Shown here piece by piece: positions 1-10,081 of a stretch of DNA of 46,133 nucleotides. The DNA comes from Polyangiaceae bacterium (GTDB lineage: Bacteria > Myxococcota_A > Polyangia > Polyangiales > Polyangiaceae): NCBI GenBank assembly GCA_035063585.1, contig JAPSGB010000037.1, forward strand, positions 1 through 46,133, read 5' to 3'. A program made the position numbers and the translations under genes. Under the pieces are notes generated by a model that was not told the DNA's origin, ran no database searches, and worked only from the letters and a program-made list of their open reading frames with translations. Each line of letters starts with the position of its first letter. The first letter of the stretch is position 1.

Positions 1-119
1 CGCGACGTGAAGGGCGGCGCGACGTGAAGGGCGGCGCGACGTGAAGGGCGGCGCGACGTGAAGGGCGGCGCGACGTGAAGGGCGGCGCGACGTGAAGGGC
101 GGCGCGACGTGAAGGGCGG
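1..119. repeat. 17-bp tandem repeat (CGCGACGTGAAGGGCGG) x7, may extend beyond the window edge
   Basis: Seven exact consecutive copies read directly from positions 1-119. Confidence 0.97.
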
Positions 120-190
120 CGGGCCGCGCCGCCGGCCGCGCCGGACCGGCATGATGCCTCGCGCGCAGGAGAAGGTGCAGGGCGCGGGAC

Positions 191-504
191 GGAGGGGCGC
201 GAACGCGTCACGAAAGTGGGTTGTGAGGTAGAGAAGGTCGATTCGTGACGCGTTCGGGGGTCGAAGGGCAACGTGGAAGGGCGCGAACGCGTCACGAAAG
301 TGGGTTGTGATGGGGACAAGGCCGATTCGTGACGCGTTCGGGGGTCGAAGGGCAGCGTGGAGGGGCGCGAACGCGTCACGAAAATGGGTTGTGATGGGGA
401 CAAGGCCGATTCGTGACGCGTCCGGGGGTCGAAGGGCGGCGTGGAGGGGCGCGAACGCGTCACGAAAGTGGGTTGTGATGGGGACAAGGTCGATTCGTGA
501 CGCG
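191..504. repeat. Array of four ~84-bp units, each carrying an inverted repeat of up to 15 bp (CGAACGCGTCACGAA...TTCGTGACGCGTTCG)
   Basis: GAACGCGTCACGAA recurs at 201, 285, 369 and 453 (84-bp period); its reverse complement follows ~27 nt later, perfect in units 1-2 and degenerate in units 3-4; loops are nearly identical. Confidence 0.92.
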
Positions 505-718
505 ATTTTCCCGCGCCGTCCCCGCGCCGCGACCCGCGCCGTCCCCGCGCCGCGAACCGCGCCGTCCCCGCGCCGCGAACCGCGCCGCGACCCGCGCCGC
601 CGGCCGCGCCGGACCGACCCTATCGGGGCCCTCGCTCCGCGGGCGCATCGCACTCCGCGGGCGCATGCCCCGCCTCGCCCGCGCCACCTCGCCCGCTGAC
701 GCGCCGAGCGCGGGGGCG

Positions 719-804
719 CGCGTCACGTCGCGCCGAGCGCCGAGCGCGTCACGTCGCGCCGAGCACCGAGCGCCGAGCGCCGAACGCGTCACGTCGCGCC
801 GAGC
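719..804. repeat. Three copies of the 20-mer CGCGTCACGTCGCGCCGAGC, duplicating the epimerase stop-codon region
   Basis: Copies at 719-738, 745-764 and 785-804; the last includes the minus-strand TGA at 789-791. Confidence 0.85.
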
Positions 805-2063
805 ACCACGCGCTCGTACCACTGCCAGAAGCTCGCGACGCCGTCCCGCACGGTGACGACCGGCTGGTAGCCGAGGAGCGCGCTCGCTTTTTCGATGCTC
901 GCGTACGTGTAGGCGACGTCGGCGTCCATCATGGGCGCCTCGACGAGGCGCGCCCGGCGGCCGGCGCACTCCTCGAGCAGCCCGACGTAGTCGGCGAGCA
1001 GCACCGGCTCTCCGCGGCCGAGGTTCACGACCTGGTAGCCGAGCCGGCGCTCGGACGCGGCGACCACGCCCGCGACGATGTCCGTCACGTAGGTCCAGTC
1101 GCGGTGCATTTGGCCGCCGGCGTACAGGGGCACCTCCGCGCCGAGGAAGATGTTGTCGAGGACCTTGTACGCCATCATGTCCGGCCGCCCACGCGGCCCG
1201 TACACGGTGAAGAACCGGAGCGCGGTGAAGTCGACGCCATGGAGATGATGATAGGCGTGGCCGAGCAGCTCCGCCGCGCGCTTGCTCGCCGGATACGGCG
1301 CGAGCGGGCGATCCGCGGGATCGCTCTCGACGAACGGGATCTGCTCGGTGCGCCCATACGCCGACGATGTGGACGCGAACACGAAGTTTGGGTTGCCGAA
1401 GCGGCGCGCGCAGTCGAGGAGGTTCAGGGTGCCGGTGAGGTTGACGTCGTAATAGAGCCAGGGCGCGTCCACCGACGCGCGCACCCCGGCCATCGCCGCG
1501 AGATGAACCACCGCGTCGAAGCGGTGGTCGGAGAACAACCGCTCGAGGATCGCGCGATCACGGATGTCGCCCTCCACGAAATCGAAGCGCCCCGCGCCGC
1601 CGCCACCCGCCGTCAGCTCGCGCCCGGTCGTCAGGCCGCCACCCGCCGTCAGCTCGCCCCCGGTCGTCAGGCCGCCACCCGCCGTCAGCTCGCGCCCGGT
1701 CGTCAGGCCGCCACCCGCCGCCAGCTCGCGCCCGGTCGTCAGGCCGCCACCCGCCGTCAGCTCGCCCCCGGTCGTCAGGCCGCCACCCGCCGTCAGCTCG
1801 CCCCCGGTCGTCAGGCCGCCACCCGCCGCCAGCTCGCGCCCGGTCGTCAGGCCGCCACCCGCCGTCAGCTCGCCCCCGGTCGTCAGGCCGCCACCCGCCG
1901 CCGCGCCCGCTCGCACCTCGTCGAGGTTCGCGCGCTTTCGCGCGGGCGAGTAGTAGTCATTGAGATTGTCGAGCCCGACCACATGCTCGCCCCGCGCGAG
2001 CAGCGCGTCGGCGGTGTGGCTCCCGATGAATCCCGCGGCCCCGGTGAGCAGGATGGTCCTCAC
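789..2063 (-). CDS. NAD-dependent nucleotide-sugar epimerase (UDP-glucuronate 4-epimerase-like extended SDR) with an internal tandem-repeat insertion
   Basis: ILLTGAAGFIGSH Rossmann motif, DNLNDYY, HLAAMAGVR, ASTSSAYG, YPASK (YxxxK), RFFTVYGPRGRPDM; start placed at GTG 2063 just before the Rossmann motif. Confidence 0.9.
   Translation of the reverse strand: MRTILLTGAAGFIGSHTADALLARGEHVVGLDNLNDYYSPARKRANLDEVRAGAAAGGGLTTGGELTAGGGLTTGRELAAGGGLTTGGELTAGGGLTTGGELTAGGGLTTGRELAAGGGLTTGRELTAGGGLTTGGELTAGGGLTTGRELTAGGGGAGRFDFVEGDIRDRAILERLFSDHRFDAVVHLAAMAGVRASVDAPWLYYDVNLTGTLNLLDCARRFGNPNFVFASTSSAYGRTEQIPFVESDPADRPLAPYPASKRAAELLGHAYHHLHGVDFTALRFFTVYGPRGRPDMMAYKVLDNIFLGAEVPLYAGGQMHRDWTYVTDIVAGVVAASERRLGYQVVNLGRGEPVLLADYVGLLEECAGRRARLVEAPMMDADVAYTYASIEKASALLGYQPVVTVRDGVASFWQWYERVVLGAT
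1600..1900. repeat. 36-bp coding tandem repeat x8 (AGGGLTTG[G/R]EL[T/A]) inside the epimerase
   Basis: Unit CCGCCACCCGCCG(T/C)CAGCTCGC(G/C)CCCGGTCGTCAGG repeated 8 times plus a partial copy. Confidence 0.95.
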
Positions 2064-2123
2064 CCCCCGAGGCGTAGCCCGGCGTGGGCGGTGGGGGAAG
2101 CCTGCGCTACGCTGCGCGCGCCC

Positions 2124-3053
2124 ATGGAGCGTCTCTGCGCGGTGTCCGTGGATCTCGACGAGATCCCGCTCTATCACGCGATCCACGGCCTTCCGCCGCC
2201 GGCGGGGCCGAGCGCCCACGCGGTGTACGAGCTCGGGCTCCCGCGCCTCGCCGAGCTCGCGCGCGCCGAGGCGCTCCCGCTCACGCTCTTCGCGGTCGGC
2301 GCGGACATGGCGCGCGAGGCGAGCGCGCGCGCGCTCCGCGGAATGGCGGAGCGTGGCCATGAGATTGGCAACCACAGCCTCGACCACCCCTACGATCTCG
2401 TGCGCCGCCCGCGCGCCGAGCTCGAGCGTCAGGTGCGCGCCGCCATCACCGTGCTCGAGGCCGCGACCGGCGCGCGCCCGACGGGCTTCCGCGCGCCCGG
2501 CTACACGATCACGGACGAGCTCTTCGAGGTCCTCGCCGAGGCGGGCGTCGCCTACGACTCGAGCGTGTTCCCGTGCCCGCCCTACTACGCGGCAAAGGCC
2601 GTCAAGCTCGCGCTCATCCGGGCCCGCGGCCGGCGCTCGCGCTCGATCCTCGACACGCCTCGCGTGCTCTCCGCGCCGCGCGCGCCCTATCGTGTGGGCC
2701 GGCCGTACTGGCGCCGGGGCACCGGGCTCGTCGAGCTGCCGATCACCGTGACGCGGCTCGCGCGGCTGCCGTTCATCGGGACGAGCCTGATGCTTGCCGG
2801 TCCGGCGCGGGCACGCTGGCTCACGCGCGCCGTGGTCGGCGCGCCGCTCGTGAACCTGGAGCTCCACGGCGTCGACGTGCTCGACGCCTCGGACGGGCTC
2901 GCGCCGCTCCGGCACCATCAAGTCGACCTCGGAGTCTCCGCGGCGCGGAAGCTCGAGACGCTCTCGGCGGTCGTCGACGTGCTGCGCCGAGCCGGCTATC
3001 GGTTCGTCCGCCTGGACGAGGCCGCGAGGCGGGTGGTATGCGAGTCCACATGA
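2124..3053 (+). CDS. Polysaccharide deacetylase family protein (CE4/NodB-like)
   Basis: [18 protein letters not shown] metal-binding motif, GFRAPGY, YDSS, ELP, LELHG; ATG at 2124. Confidence 0.85.
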   Translation: MERLCAVSVDLDEIPLYHAIHGLPPPAGPSAHAVYELGLPRLAELARAEALPLTLFAVGADMAREASARALRGMAERGHEIGNHSLDHPYDLVRRPRAELERQVRAAITVLEAATGARPTGFRAPGYTITDELFEVLAEAGVAYDSSVFPCPPYYAAKAVKLALIRARGRRSRSILDTPRVLSAPRAPYRVGRPYWRRGTGLVELPITVTRLARLPFIGTSLMLAGPARARWLTRAVVGAPLVNLELHGVDVLDASDGLAPLRHHQVDLGVSAARKLETLSAVVDVLRRAGYRFVRLDEAARRVVCEST

Positions 3054-3826
3054 GCGACGACGTCTTGAAGATTGGGTCGCACACGTTCCACTCGCGCTTG
3101 TTCGTGGGGACGGGCAAGTACAAAGACGTGGACGAGACGCGCGCCGCGCTGGAGGCGAGCGGCGCGGAGGTGGTGACGGTCGCGCTCCGGCGGGTGGATC
3201 TGAACGACCGCGGCGCGGGCTCCATGATGGAGCTCGTGACCAGCAAGCGGTGGACGATCCTCGCCAACACCGCCGGCTGCTACACGGCGGACGAGGCGGT
3301 CCGCACGCTCCGGCTCGCGCGCGAGCTCGGGCTCGCCGAGCTCGTGAAGCTCGAGGTCATCGGCGACCAGAAGACGCTCTACCCGGACAACGAGCAGACG
3401 CTCGAGGCCGCCAAGATCCTCGTGAAGGAGGGCTTCACGGTGCTCCCATACTGCATCGACGATCCGATCGTGTGCCGGAAGCTCGAAGACGCGGGGTGCG
3501 CGGCCGTGATGCCGCTCGCGGCGCCCATCGGCTCCGGGCTCGGGATCCGCAACCCCTACAACCTCCGCATCATCCTCGAGGCCGCCACGGTGCCGGTCAT
3601 CGTCGACGCGGGCGTCGGCACCGCGAGCGACGCGGCCGTCGCGATGGAGCTCGGCTGCGACGGCCTGCTCATGAACACCGCCATCGCGGGCGCGAAGCTG
3701 CCGCTGCTCATGGCCGAGGCCATGCGTGAGGCGGTGAGCGCGGGGCGCAAGGCGTTCCTCGCCGGCCGCGTGCCGCGCAAGCTCTACGCGAGCGCGTCGA
3801 GCCCCGAGTCGGGGCTCATCGCGTGA
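3050..3826 (+). CDS. thiG: Thiazole synthase
   Basis: [57 protein letters not shown] overlap with the upstream gene. Confidence 0.96.
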   Translation: MSDDVLKIGSHTFHSRLFVGTGKYKDVDETRAALEASGAEVVTVALRRVDLNDRGAGSMMELVTSKRWTILANTAGCYTADEAVRTLRLARELGLAELVKLEVIGDQKTLYPDNEQTLEAAKILVKEGFTVLPYCIDDPIVCRKLEDAGCAAVMPLAAPIGSGLGIRNPYNLRIILEAATVPVIVDAGVGTASDAAVAMELGCDGLLMNTAIAGAKLPLLMAEAMREAVSAGRKAFLAGRVPRKLYASASSPESGLIA

Positions 3827-3913
3827 CGGAGCGCGTGACGGGGGGCTCCGGTGCGAGCTCGGCCACGAGGACGGGGTAGATCGCTCACCGCGTGAGCGTA
3901 GGAGGGAGCACTC

Positions 3914-5116
<1,203 letters not shown>

Positions 5117-5248
5117 GCGCGCCCCGAGCCCCCGTGGGGCGGCCGGGTCGCGCGTCGACGGATGTGCTATGGGCGGCTCAGCCTGGCGGGCTCGCGGTGC
5201 GGGCGTCGCGCGAGCGTGCCGGCATGAGACGACTTGGAGGGATGATCG

Positions 5249-6517
5249 GTGAGAGTCTTTACTTGGCTTGGGGTAGCGCTGTCGGCGGCGGCGCTGGCGG
5301 CGGGCTGCGGCAGCTCGGACAGTGATCTGAACCTCGGCGGCGGCGGTGGCGGCGCGGACGGGGGCGCCGGCGCGCCGTCGAGCTTCTGTCAGAATTCGCT
5401 CGACTGCGCTGGCGACCGCGTCTGCGATTCGTCCTCGCATCGCTGCGTCGAGTGCGTGTCGGAGAACGACTGCGCGGACGGTCTGCGCTGCGGCCTCAAC
5501 GTGTGCCGAGCCCCATGCACGAGCGACAAGCAGTGCACCGCTCAGGGGATGCTTTGTGATCGGCAGCACGGGTGGTGCGTGACGCCCGGCGCAGGAGGCG
5601 CGGGCGGTGGCGGCGGCACGGCCGGAGCCGGCGGCACGTCCGGGACCGGAGGAATCGACGGCGGCACCGGCGGCACCGGGGGCGGCACGGCCGGGACCGG
5701 TGCCGTCGGCGGCGGCACCGGCGGCACGGGTGGCGGCACGTCCGGGGCCGGAGGCGTCGGCGGCGGCACCGGCGGCACCGGCGGCACCGGCGGCACCGGC
5801 GGCACCGGCGGCACCGGCGGCACCTGCCTCGAATCGCTCGACGTGATGGTCCTCCTCGACCGCTCCGGCTCGATGATCGGCCAGCGCTGGGACGCGTCGG
5901 TCGCTGCCCTGAAGGAGTTCGCTGGCGCGGCCGAGGTACGAGCCGGGCTCCAGTTCGTGCCGCTTCCTCCCAGTGCGCCGGCTCCGTCATCCTGCGTCAC
6001 GACCGCGGACTGCAAGAATTATGGTCCTTGCTCGTCCGGGTCTTGCTCGAGCGCGGGGATGGGGACCTCATGCAGCGTGTCCGACTTTCTCATACCGGCG
6101 GTCGCGATTTCACCGATGCCAGCGGGAGCCGCGGCGTTCGCGAGCGCGCTCGACGCATTCGACGCGAATGACCTGAGCGCGCTCACTCCCGGGCTCGAGG
6201 GCACCATCACCTATTTGAGAGCTCAGCTCGCGAGTCAACCGGGGCGCAAGGGCCTGGTCATCTTCCTCACCGATGGCGATCCGAACTCCTGCGACGATGG
6301 CACCGTGGAAGGGCTCGCCGAGGCCGCGAGGAGCGGTTTCACCGGCACACTGCGCGTCCCGACCTGGGTCATCGACGTGGGTGCCGCGACGTCGTTGGAT
6401 CCCGTAGCCGCGGCGGGCGGGACGGACCACGCGCGGGTCATGTCCGGGACGGTGGCGCCGAGCCAGCAGGCGATCCGCGACGCGCTCGACGCGGCGCTCA
6501 CGTTCGCGTGTCCGTGA
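5249..6517 (+). CDS. Paralogous Cys-rich vWA-domain lipoprotein
   Basis: Lipobox LAAGC, same Cys spacing as 3914-5116, GGCGGCACC 9-bp repeats, MIDAS DRSGSM, TDGDP. Confidence 0.82.
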   Translation: MRVFTWLGVALSAAALAAGCGSSDSDLNLGGGGGGADGGAGAPSSFCQNSLDCAGDRVCDSSSHRCVECVSENDCADGLRCGLNVCRAPCTSDKQCTAQGMLCDRQHGWCVTPGAGGAGGGGGTAGAGGTSGTGGIDGGTGGTGGGTAGTGAVGGGTGGTGGGTSGAGGVGGGTGGTGGTGGTGGTGGTGGTCLESLDVMVLLDRSGSMIGQRWDASVAALKEFAGAAEVRAGLQFVPLPPSAPAPSSCVTTADCKNYGPCSSGSCSSAGMGTSCSVSDFLIPAVAISPMPAGAAAFASALDAFDANDLSALTPGLEGTITYLRAQLASQPGRKGLVIFLTDGDPNSCDDGTVEGLAEAARSGFTGTLRVPTWVIDVGAATSLDPVAAAGGTDHARVMSGTVAPSQQAIRDALDAALTFACP

Positions 6518-6560
6518 AGCGCGGTTGACCGTCGCTCGGCCGCCGGGCAGAGTCGCCGGC

Positions 6561-7781
6561 GTGAGCGAGCGCTTCACGCCGTATCAGCGCCGGCTCTTCC
6601 TCTTTCTCGGCGTCGCGACCTTCTTCGACGGCTACGACTTCATCGCGCTCACGCAGATCCTGCCGAACCTGCGCGCCTCGCTCGGCCTCGATCAGGCCGA
6701 GGCCGGGCTCCTGGTCGCGTTCATCAACGTGGGCACCGTGGTGGCCTATGGGTTGGTCCGGCGCGCGGACCGCTGGGGGCGCCGGCGCGTCATGACCGCG
6801 ACCATCGTCGGCTACACGGTCTTCACGTTCTTGAGCGGGCTCGCGCCGAACGCCTGGGTGTTCGCGCTCTGCCAGATGTTCGCGCGGGTGTTCCTCATCG
6901 GCGAGAGCGTGATCGCGATGGTGATCGCCGCCGAGGAGTACCCGCCCGGACGGCGCGGGATGGTGATCGGCGTCGTGAGCGCGTGCTCGAGCCTCGGCTC
7001 GGTGACCTGCGCCGGGCTCGTACCGCTCCTGCTCCGGTTGCCGTGGGGCTGGCGGAGCGTGTACTTCGTCGGGCTCGTGCCGCTCGTCCTGCTCGCCTTC
7101 GCGCGGCGTGGGCTCCGCGAGACGCGGCGCTTCGCGGAGCAGGGCGGCGCGCGTGAGGCCCGCCCGATGAGCTACGTGCTCCGCACGCCGTACCGCAAGC
7201 GCGTCCTGACGCTCGGGCTCATCTGGGCGCTGACCTACGTCTGCACGCAAAACGGCGTGACCTTCTGGAAGGAATTTGCGGTCGGTGAGCGCGGCATGAC
7301 CGACGCGGACGTCGGGCGCGCCATCACCATCGCGGCGGTGGCCGCCATGCCGCTCGTGTTCCTCGCCGGGCGGTTGCTCGACGTGATCGGGCGACGCCTG
7401 GGCGCGGTCGTGATCTTCGGGCTCGCCGCCGGCGGCATCTTCGTCTCGTACGCGGCGACCTCCCCGGTCGTGCTCACCGTGGCGCTCATCTTCGGCATCT
7501 TCGGCGCGAGCGCGGTGATGCCGGTCCTCAACGCGTACAACACCGAGCTCTTCCCGACCGACCTCCGCAGCGACGCCTTCGCGTGGTCGAACAACCTCCT
7601 CGGCCGCGTCACCTACGTGCTCTCGCCGCTCGCGGTCGGGCTCGCCGCCGGCCCGCTCGGCTGGGGCTGGGGCCAGGCGGTGCGCCTCACCGCCATCTTC
7701 CCCCTGCTGGCGGCCGCGCTCATCGTGTGGCTACTTCCCGAGACGCGAGCGCGCGAGCTCGAAGAGACCGCGAGGATCTAG
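6561..7781 (+). CDS. MFS transporter (aromatic acid/sugar porter-like)
   Basis: FFDGYD, ADRWGRRR MFS motif, LRETRRF, LDVIGRR, ELFPTDLR, LPET; about 12 hydrophobic segments; GTG 6561 chosen (TTG 6525 alternative). Confidence 0.9.
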   Translation: MSERFTPYQRRLFLFLGVATFFDGYDFIALTQILPNLRASLGLDQAEAGLLVAFINVGTVVAYGLVRRADRWGRRRVMTATIVGYTVFTFLSGLAPNAWVFALCQMFARVFLIGESVIAMVIAAEEYPPGRRGMVIGVVSACSSLGSVTCAGLVPLLLRLPWGWRSVYFVGLVPLVLLAFARRGLRETRRFAEQGGAREARPMSYVLRTPYRKRVLTLGLIWALTYVCTQNGVTFWKEFAVGERGMTDADVGRAITIAAVAAMPLVFLAGRLLDVIGRRLGAVVIFGLAAGGIFVSYAATSPVVLTVALIFGIFGASAVMPVLNAYNTELFPTDLRSDAFAWSNNLLGRVTYVLSPLAVGLAAGPLGWGWGQAVRLTAIFPLLAAALIVWLLPETRARELEETARI

Positions 7782-7782
7782 C

Positions 7783-8223
7783 GTGCCCGCCCTACTCGAG
7801 TCACCGCCTTCGGAGCCGCCTCGCGCGCGATCGTCGTCGTCGGGTGGGTTCTTCCTCTACGTGGTGCCGACGCTGCTCTACATCGGCGCGGTGTTCGCGT
7901 CCGGCATCATGCGCGGCGGGCCCGCGTTCCCGAGCCTGGGGCCGCTGCCGCGCGACAAGGTCGCGCACTTCGTCGCCTTCGGCGGGATGGCGCTGGTGGT
8001 GCTCCGCACCGTGCGCTTCACGATGGGGGAGCTCCGGCTGCGAACGCAGCTCGCGGTCGCGGTCGCGGTCGCCTCGGTGCTCGGCGCGCTGCTCGAGCTG
8101 GTGCAGGCGGCGCTGCCCTTCCGCGACGCGGAGCTCCTCGATTGGGTGGCCGATACGCTCGGCGCGCTCGCGGCCGCCGCGTTCGCGTGGAGAGCGCTCC
8201 GCTTGCCTCGCGAGCCCAAATAG
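7783..8223 (+). CDS. VanZ family membrane protein
   Basis: DKVAHFVAF, LELVQAALPFR and DWVADTLG motifs typical of VanZ-like proteins. Confidence 0.8.
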   Translation: MPALLESPPSEPPRARSSSSGGFFLYVVPTLLYIGAVFASGIMRGGPAFPSLGPLPRDKVAHFVAFGGMALVVLRTVRFTMGELRLRTQLAVAVAVASVLGALLELVQAALPFRDAELLDWVADTLGALAAAAFAWRALRLPREPK

Positions 8224-8237
8224 GGGAGCCTCGCGCG

Positions 8238-8513
8238 GTGCGGCTCACGGCCCTCGCGCTCCTTCTCGCCGCCTTCGGGCAGGCGCCCATGCAGTGCGCG
8301 AGCGAGCCGGACCCGGCGCTCCGCCGCGCCGAGACGCCCGGCGAGGCCCTCTACGGGCTCGCCGGGCAGTTCAAGGCCAAGGGCGACAGCGAGGCGTGGC
8401 GCGCCACGCTCGAGTACCTCGTCGCGCGCTACCCGAACAGCCGCTTCACCGTGATGGCCCGCGACGACCTCGCGAAGAGCGGCGCCGCGCCTCCGAGCTC
8501 GGCCGCGCCGTGA
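8238..8513 (+). CDS. Small exported protein with a TPR-like helix pair
   Basis: Hydrophobic N-terminus; EALYGLA...LEYLVARYPNSRF resembles BamD/CpoB-type TPR ends; SD GGGGAG upstream of GTG 8238. Confidence 0.55.
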   Translation: MRLTALALLLAAFGQAPMQCASEPDPALRRAETPGEALYGLAGQFKAKGDSEAWRATLEYLVARYPNSRFTVMARDDLAKSGAAPPSSAAP

Positions 8514-8523
8514 CGGCCTGGCG

Positions 8524-9141
8524 GTGACCAGCCCGATGAGCCGCGCCCGCGTCCGCCCGCGCCTCATCGCCATCACCGATCTCTCGGTCGCGCCGGCCGA
8601 GCTGCTGGTCGCGCGGCTCGGCGGGCTGGTGGCGTCAGCGGCGCCGGGCAGCGTGATGCTCCAGCTCCGCGACCGCGCGCTCCCGATCCGAGAGCGCGCC
8701 CTGCTCGGCGAGCGGCTCGCGCGGGTGGCGCGCGCGAGCGGGCAGCTCTTCGCCGTGAACGATCGCGTCGATCTCGCCATGCTGCTCGGCGCCGACGCCG
8801 TGCACCTCGGCGAGGCGAGCATGGACGCCGACGCAGCGCGGCGGCTCGCCGGCCCCGAGCTCTTCGTCTCGCGCGCCGTCCATGAGCCGAGCGCGCCCGC
8901 GCTCGGCGCCGACGCGCTCGTGCTCTCACCGATCGCGGCGCCGCGCAAGGGCCGCCCCGCGCTCGGCGTGGCAGCGCTCAGCGCGCGCTCCGACGCGCTG
9001 GTCTACGCGCTCGGCGGCGTCGACGCGGCGACCGCGCGGGCATGTCTCGACGCGGGCGCGACCGGCGTCGCGGTCATCGGCGCGGTCCTCGACGGCCGCC
9101 CCGTCGAGCCGCTGCTCGACGCGCTCGGGATCCGACGCTGA
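8524..9141 (+). CDS. thiE: Thiamine-phosphate synthase / TenI family protein
   Basis: LIAITD, LQLRD, VNDRVDLA, AVHLG, SRAVH, YALGGV, GVAVIGA; alternative ATG 8536; could be a TenI-like paralog. Confidence 0.75.
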   Translation: MTSPMSRARVRPRLIAITDLSVAPAELLVARLGGLVASAAPGSVMLQLRDRALPIRERALLGERLARVARASGQLFAVNDRVDLAMLLGADAVHLGEASMDADAARRLAGPELFVSRAVHEPSAPALGADALVLSPIAAPRKGRPALGVAALSARSDALVYALGGVDAATARACLDAGATGVAVIGAVLDGRPVEPLLDALGIRR

Positions 9142-9209
9142 CCGCTCGGTCAAGTCGGAATCAGCCAAATTATAGTTAGTGCATCACAGCGGTGAACCGA
9201 GCGGTCAGC
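9137..9209. promoter_or_regulatory. 14-bp inverted repeat around a 45-nt AT-richer spacer; left arm lies in a TetR-operator-like palindrome TGACCG-NN-CGGTCA
   Basis: GCTGACCGCTCGGT (9137-9150) and ACCGAGCGGTCAGC (9196-9209) are exact reverse complements. Confidence 0.45.
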
Positions 9210-9323
9210 ACGGAATGGGGTGCCGGTCCGGCGCGGCCGGCGTCCCGGAGCGGACGCGTCGCGGCCGGTAGCGCGCCGCGACGGGCCCGGCCATTCTAAG
9301 GTGGACATGGCGAGGATGCTCAC

Positions 9324-9821
9324 GTGACGAAGTCGCCCCGGTCGCCGGCCGCGCCGACCACCACCCCTCTCGCCGTCGGCGAGCCCGCGCCCGAGTTCGA
9401 GTCGTTCGATCAGCACGGCGCGTGCGTCCGCTCGGCGTCGCTCGCGAACCGCTCGTACGTCCTCTACTTCTATCCCAAGGACGCGACGCCGGGCTGCACC
9501 CGCGAGGCGACCGATTTCGAGGGAGCGCTCGCTCGGTTCAAGAAGAAGGGCGTGCGCGTCCTCGGCGTGAGCGGAGACACGGTCGCCAGTCACGCGCGCT
9601 TCGCCGAGAAGCAAGGGCTCACCTTTACGCTGCTCTCCGATCCCGAGCGCAAGCTCGCTCGAGCGTATGGGGTGTGGATCCTGAAGAAGAGCTACGGTCG
9701 CGAGTACCTCGGCATCGAGCGGAGCACGTTCCTCATCGACCGGGCGGGTCGCGTCGCGGCCGCCTGGCGCGGCGTGCGGGTGGCCGGGCACGTCGACGAG
9801 GTCCTCGCGGCGCTCGGGTGA
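9324..9821 (+). CDS. bcp: Peroxiredoxin BCP/PrxQ
   Basis: LYFYPKDATPGCTREA, GVSGD, LLSD, ERSTFLID, GHVDEVL. Confidence 0.9.
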   Translation: MTKSPRSPAAPTTTPLAVGEPAPEFESFDQHGACVRSASLANRSYVLYFYPKDATPGCTREATDFEGALARFKKKGVRVLGVSGDTVASHARFAEKQGLTFTLLSDPERKLARAYGVWILKKSYGREYLGIERSTFLIDRAGRVAAAWRGVRVAGHVDEVLAALG

Positions 9822-9969
9822 GGGGGGGCGTCGCCGCCGGCCCGTCGCTGCCGGCCCGTCGCGGGGCGTCCCGGGCTCGCCGCCGGGCGGCGCGCTTGCG
9901 AGCGTCGCTCCGCGGTCGAGACGCAAAGCCTGCGCGCTCGAGGCGGCGCCCCTCGGAACACGCGAGCGC

Positions 9970-10003
9970 TGGCGCGGGTTCTGCACATGGCACGGGCCCT
10001 GCA
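9970..10003 (+). promoter_or_regulatory. Two tandem sigma-54 (-24/-12) motifs upstream of the USP gene
   Basis: TGGCGCGGGTTCTGCA (9970-9985) and TGGCACGGGCCCTGCA (9988-10003), both GG-N10-GC. Confidence 0.6.
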
Positions 10004-10081
10004 GCTGAAAGCCGTTGAATTTCCTGACGCGCGCAATCACGCAATCTTTGCGTTTCGCCGGGCGAAGCAGAGGAGCAAGCG

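Noticed and set aside
191..504. CRISPR array interpretation of the periodic palindromic repeats
   Set aside because: Intervening sequences are near-identical rather than unique spacers, and no cas genes are in the window
307..969. ORFs 307-699, 460-969 and 497-856
   Set aside because: Arg/Pro/Ala-rich translations of DNA repeats with no protein motifs
2064..2921. 286-aa N-terminal extension of the epimerase ORF (and the 1104 start of the deacetylase ORF)
   Set aside because: Each extension is antisense to the neighbouring real gene; family motifs begin at 2063 and 2124
2900..3050. TPP riboswitch upstream of thiG
   Set aside because: There is no intergenic space and no recognisable CTGAGA-containing aptamer
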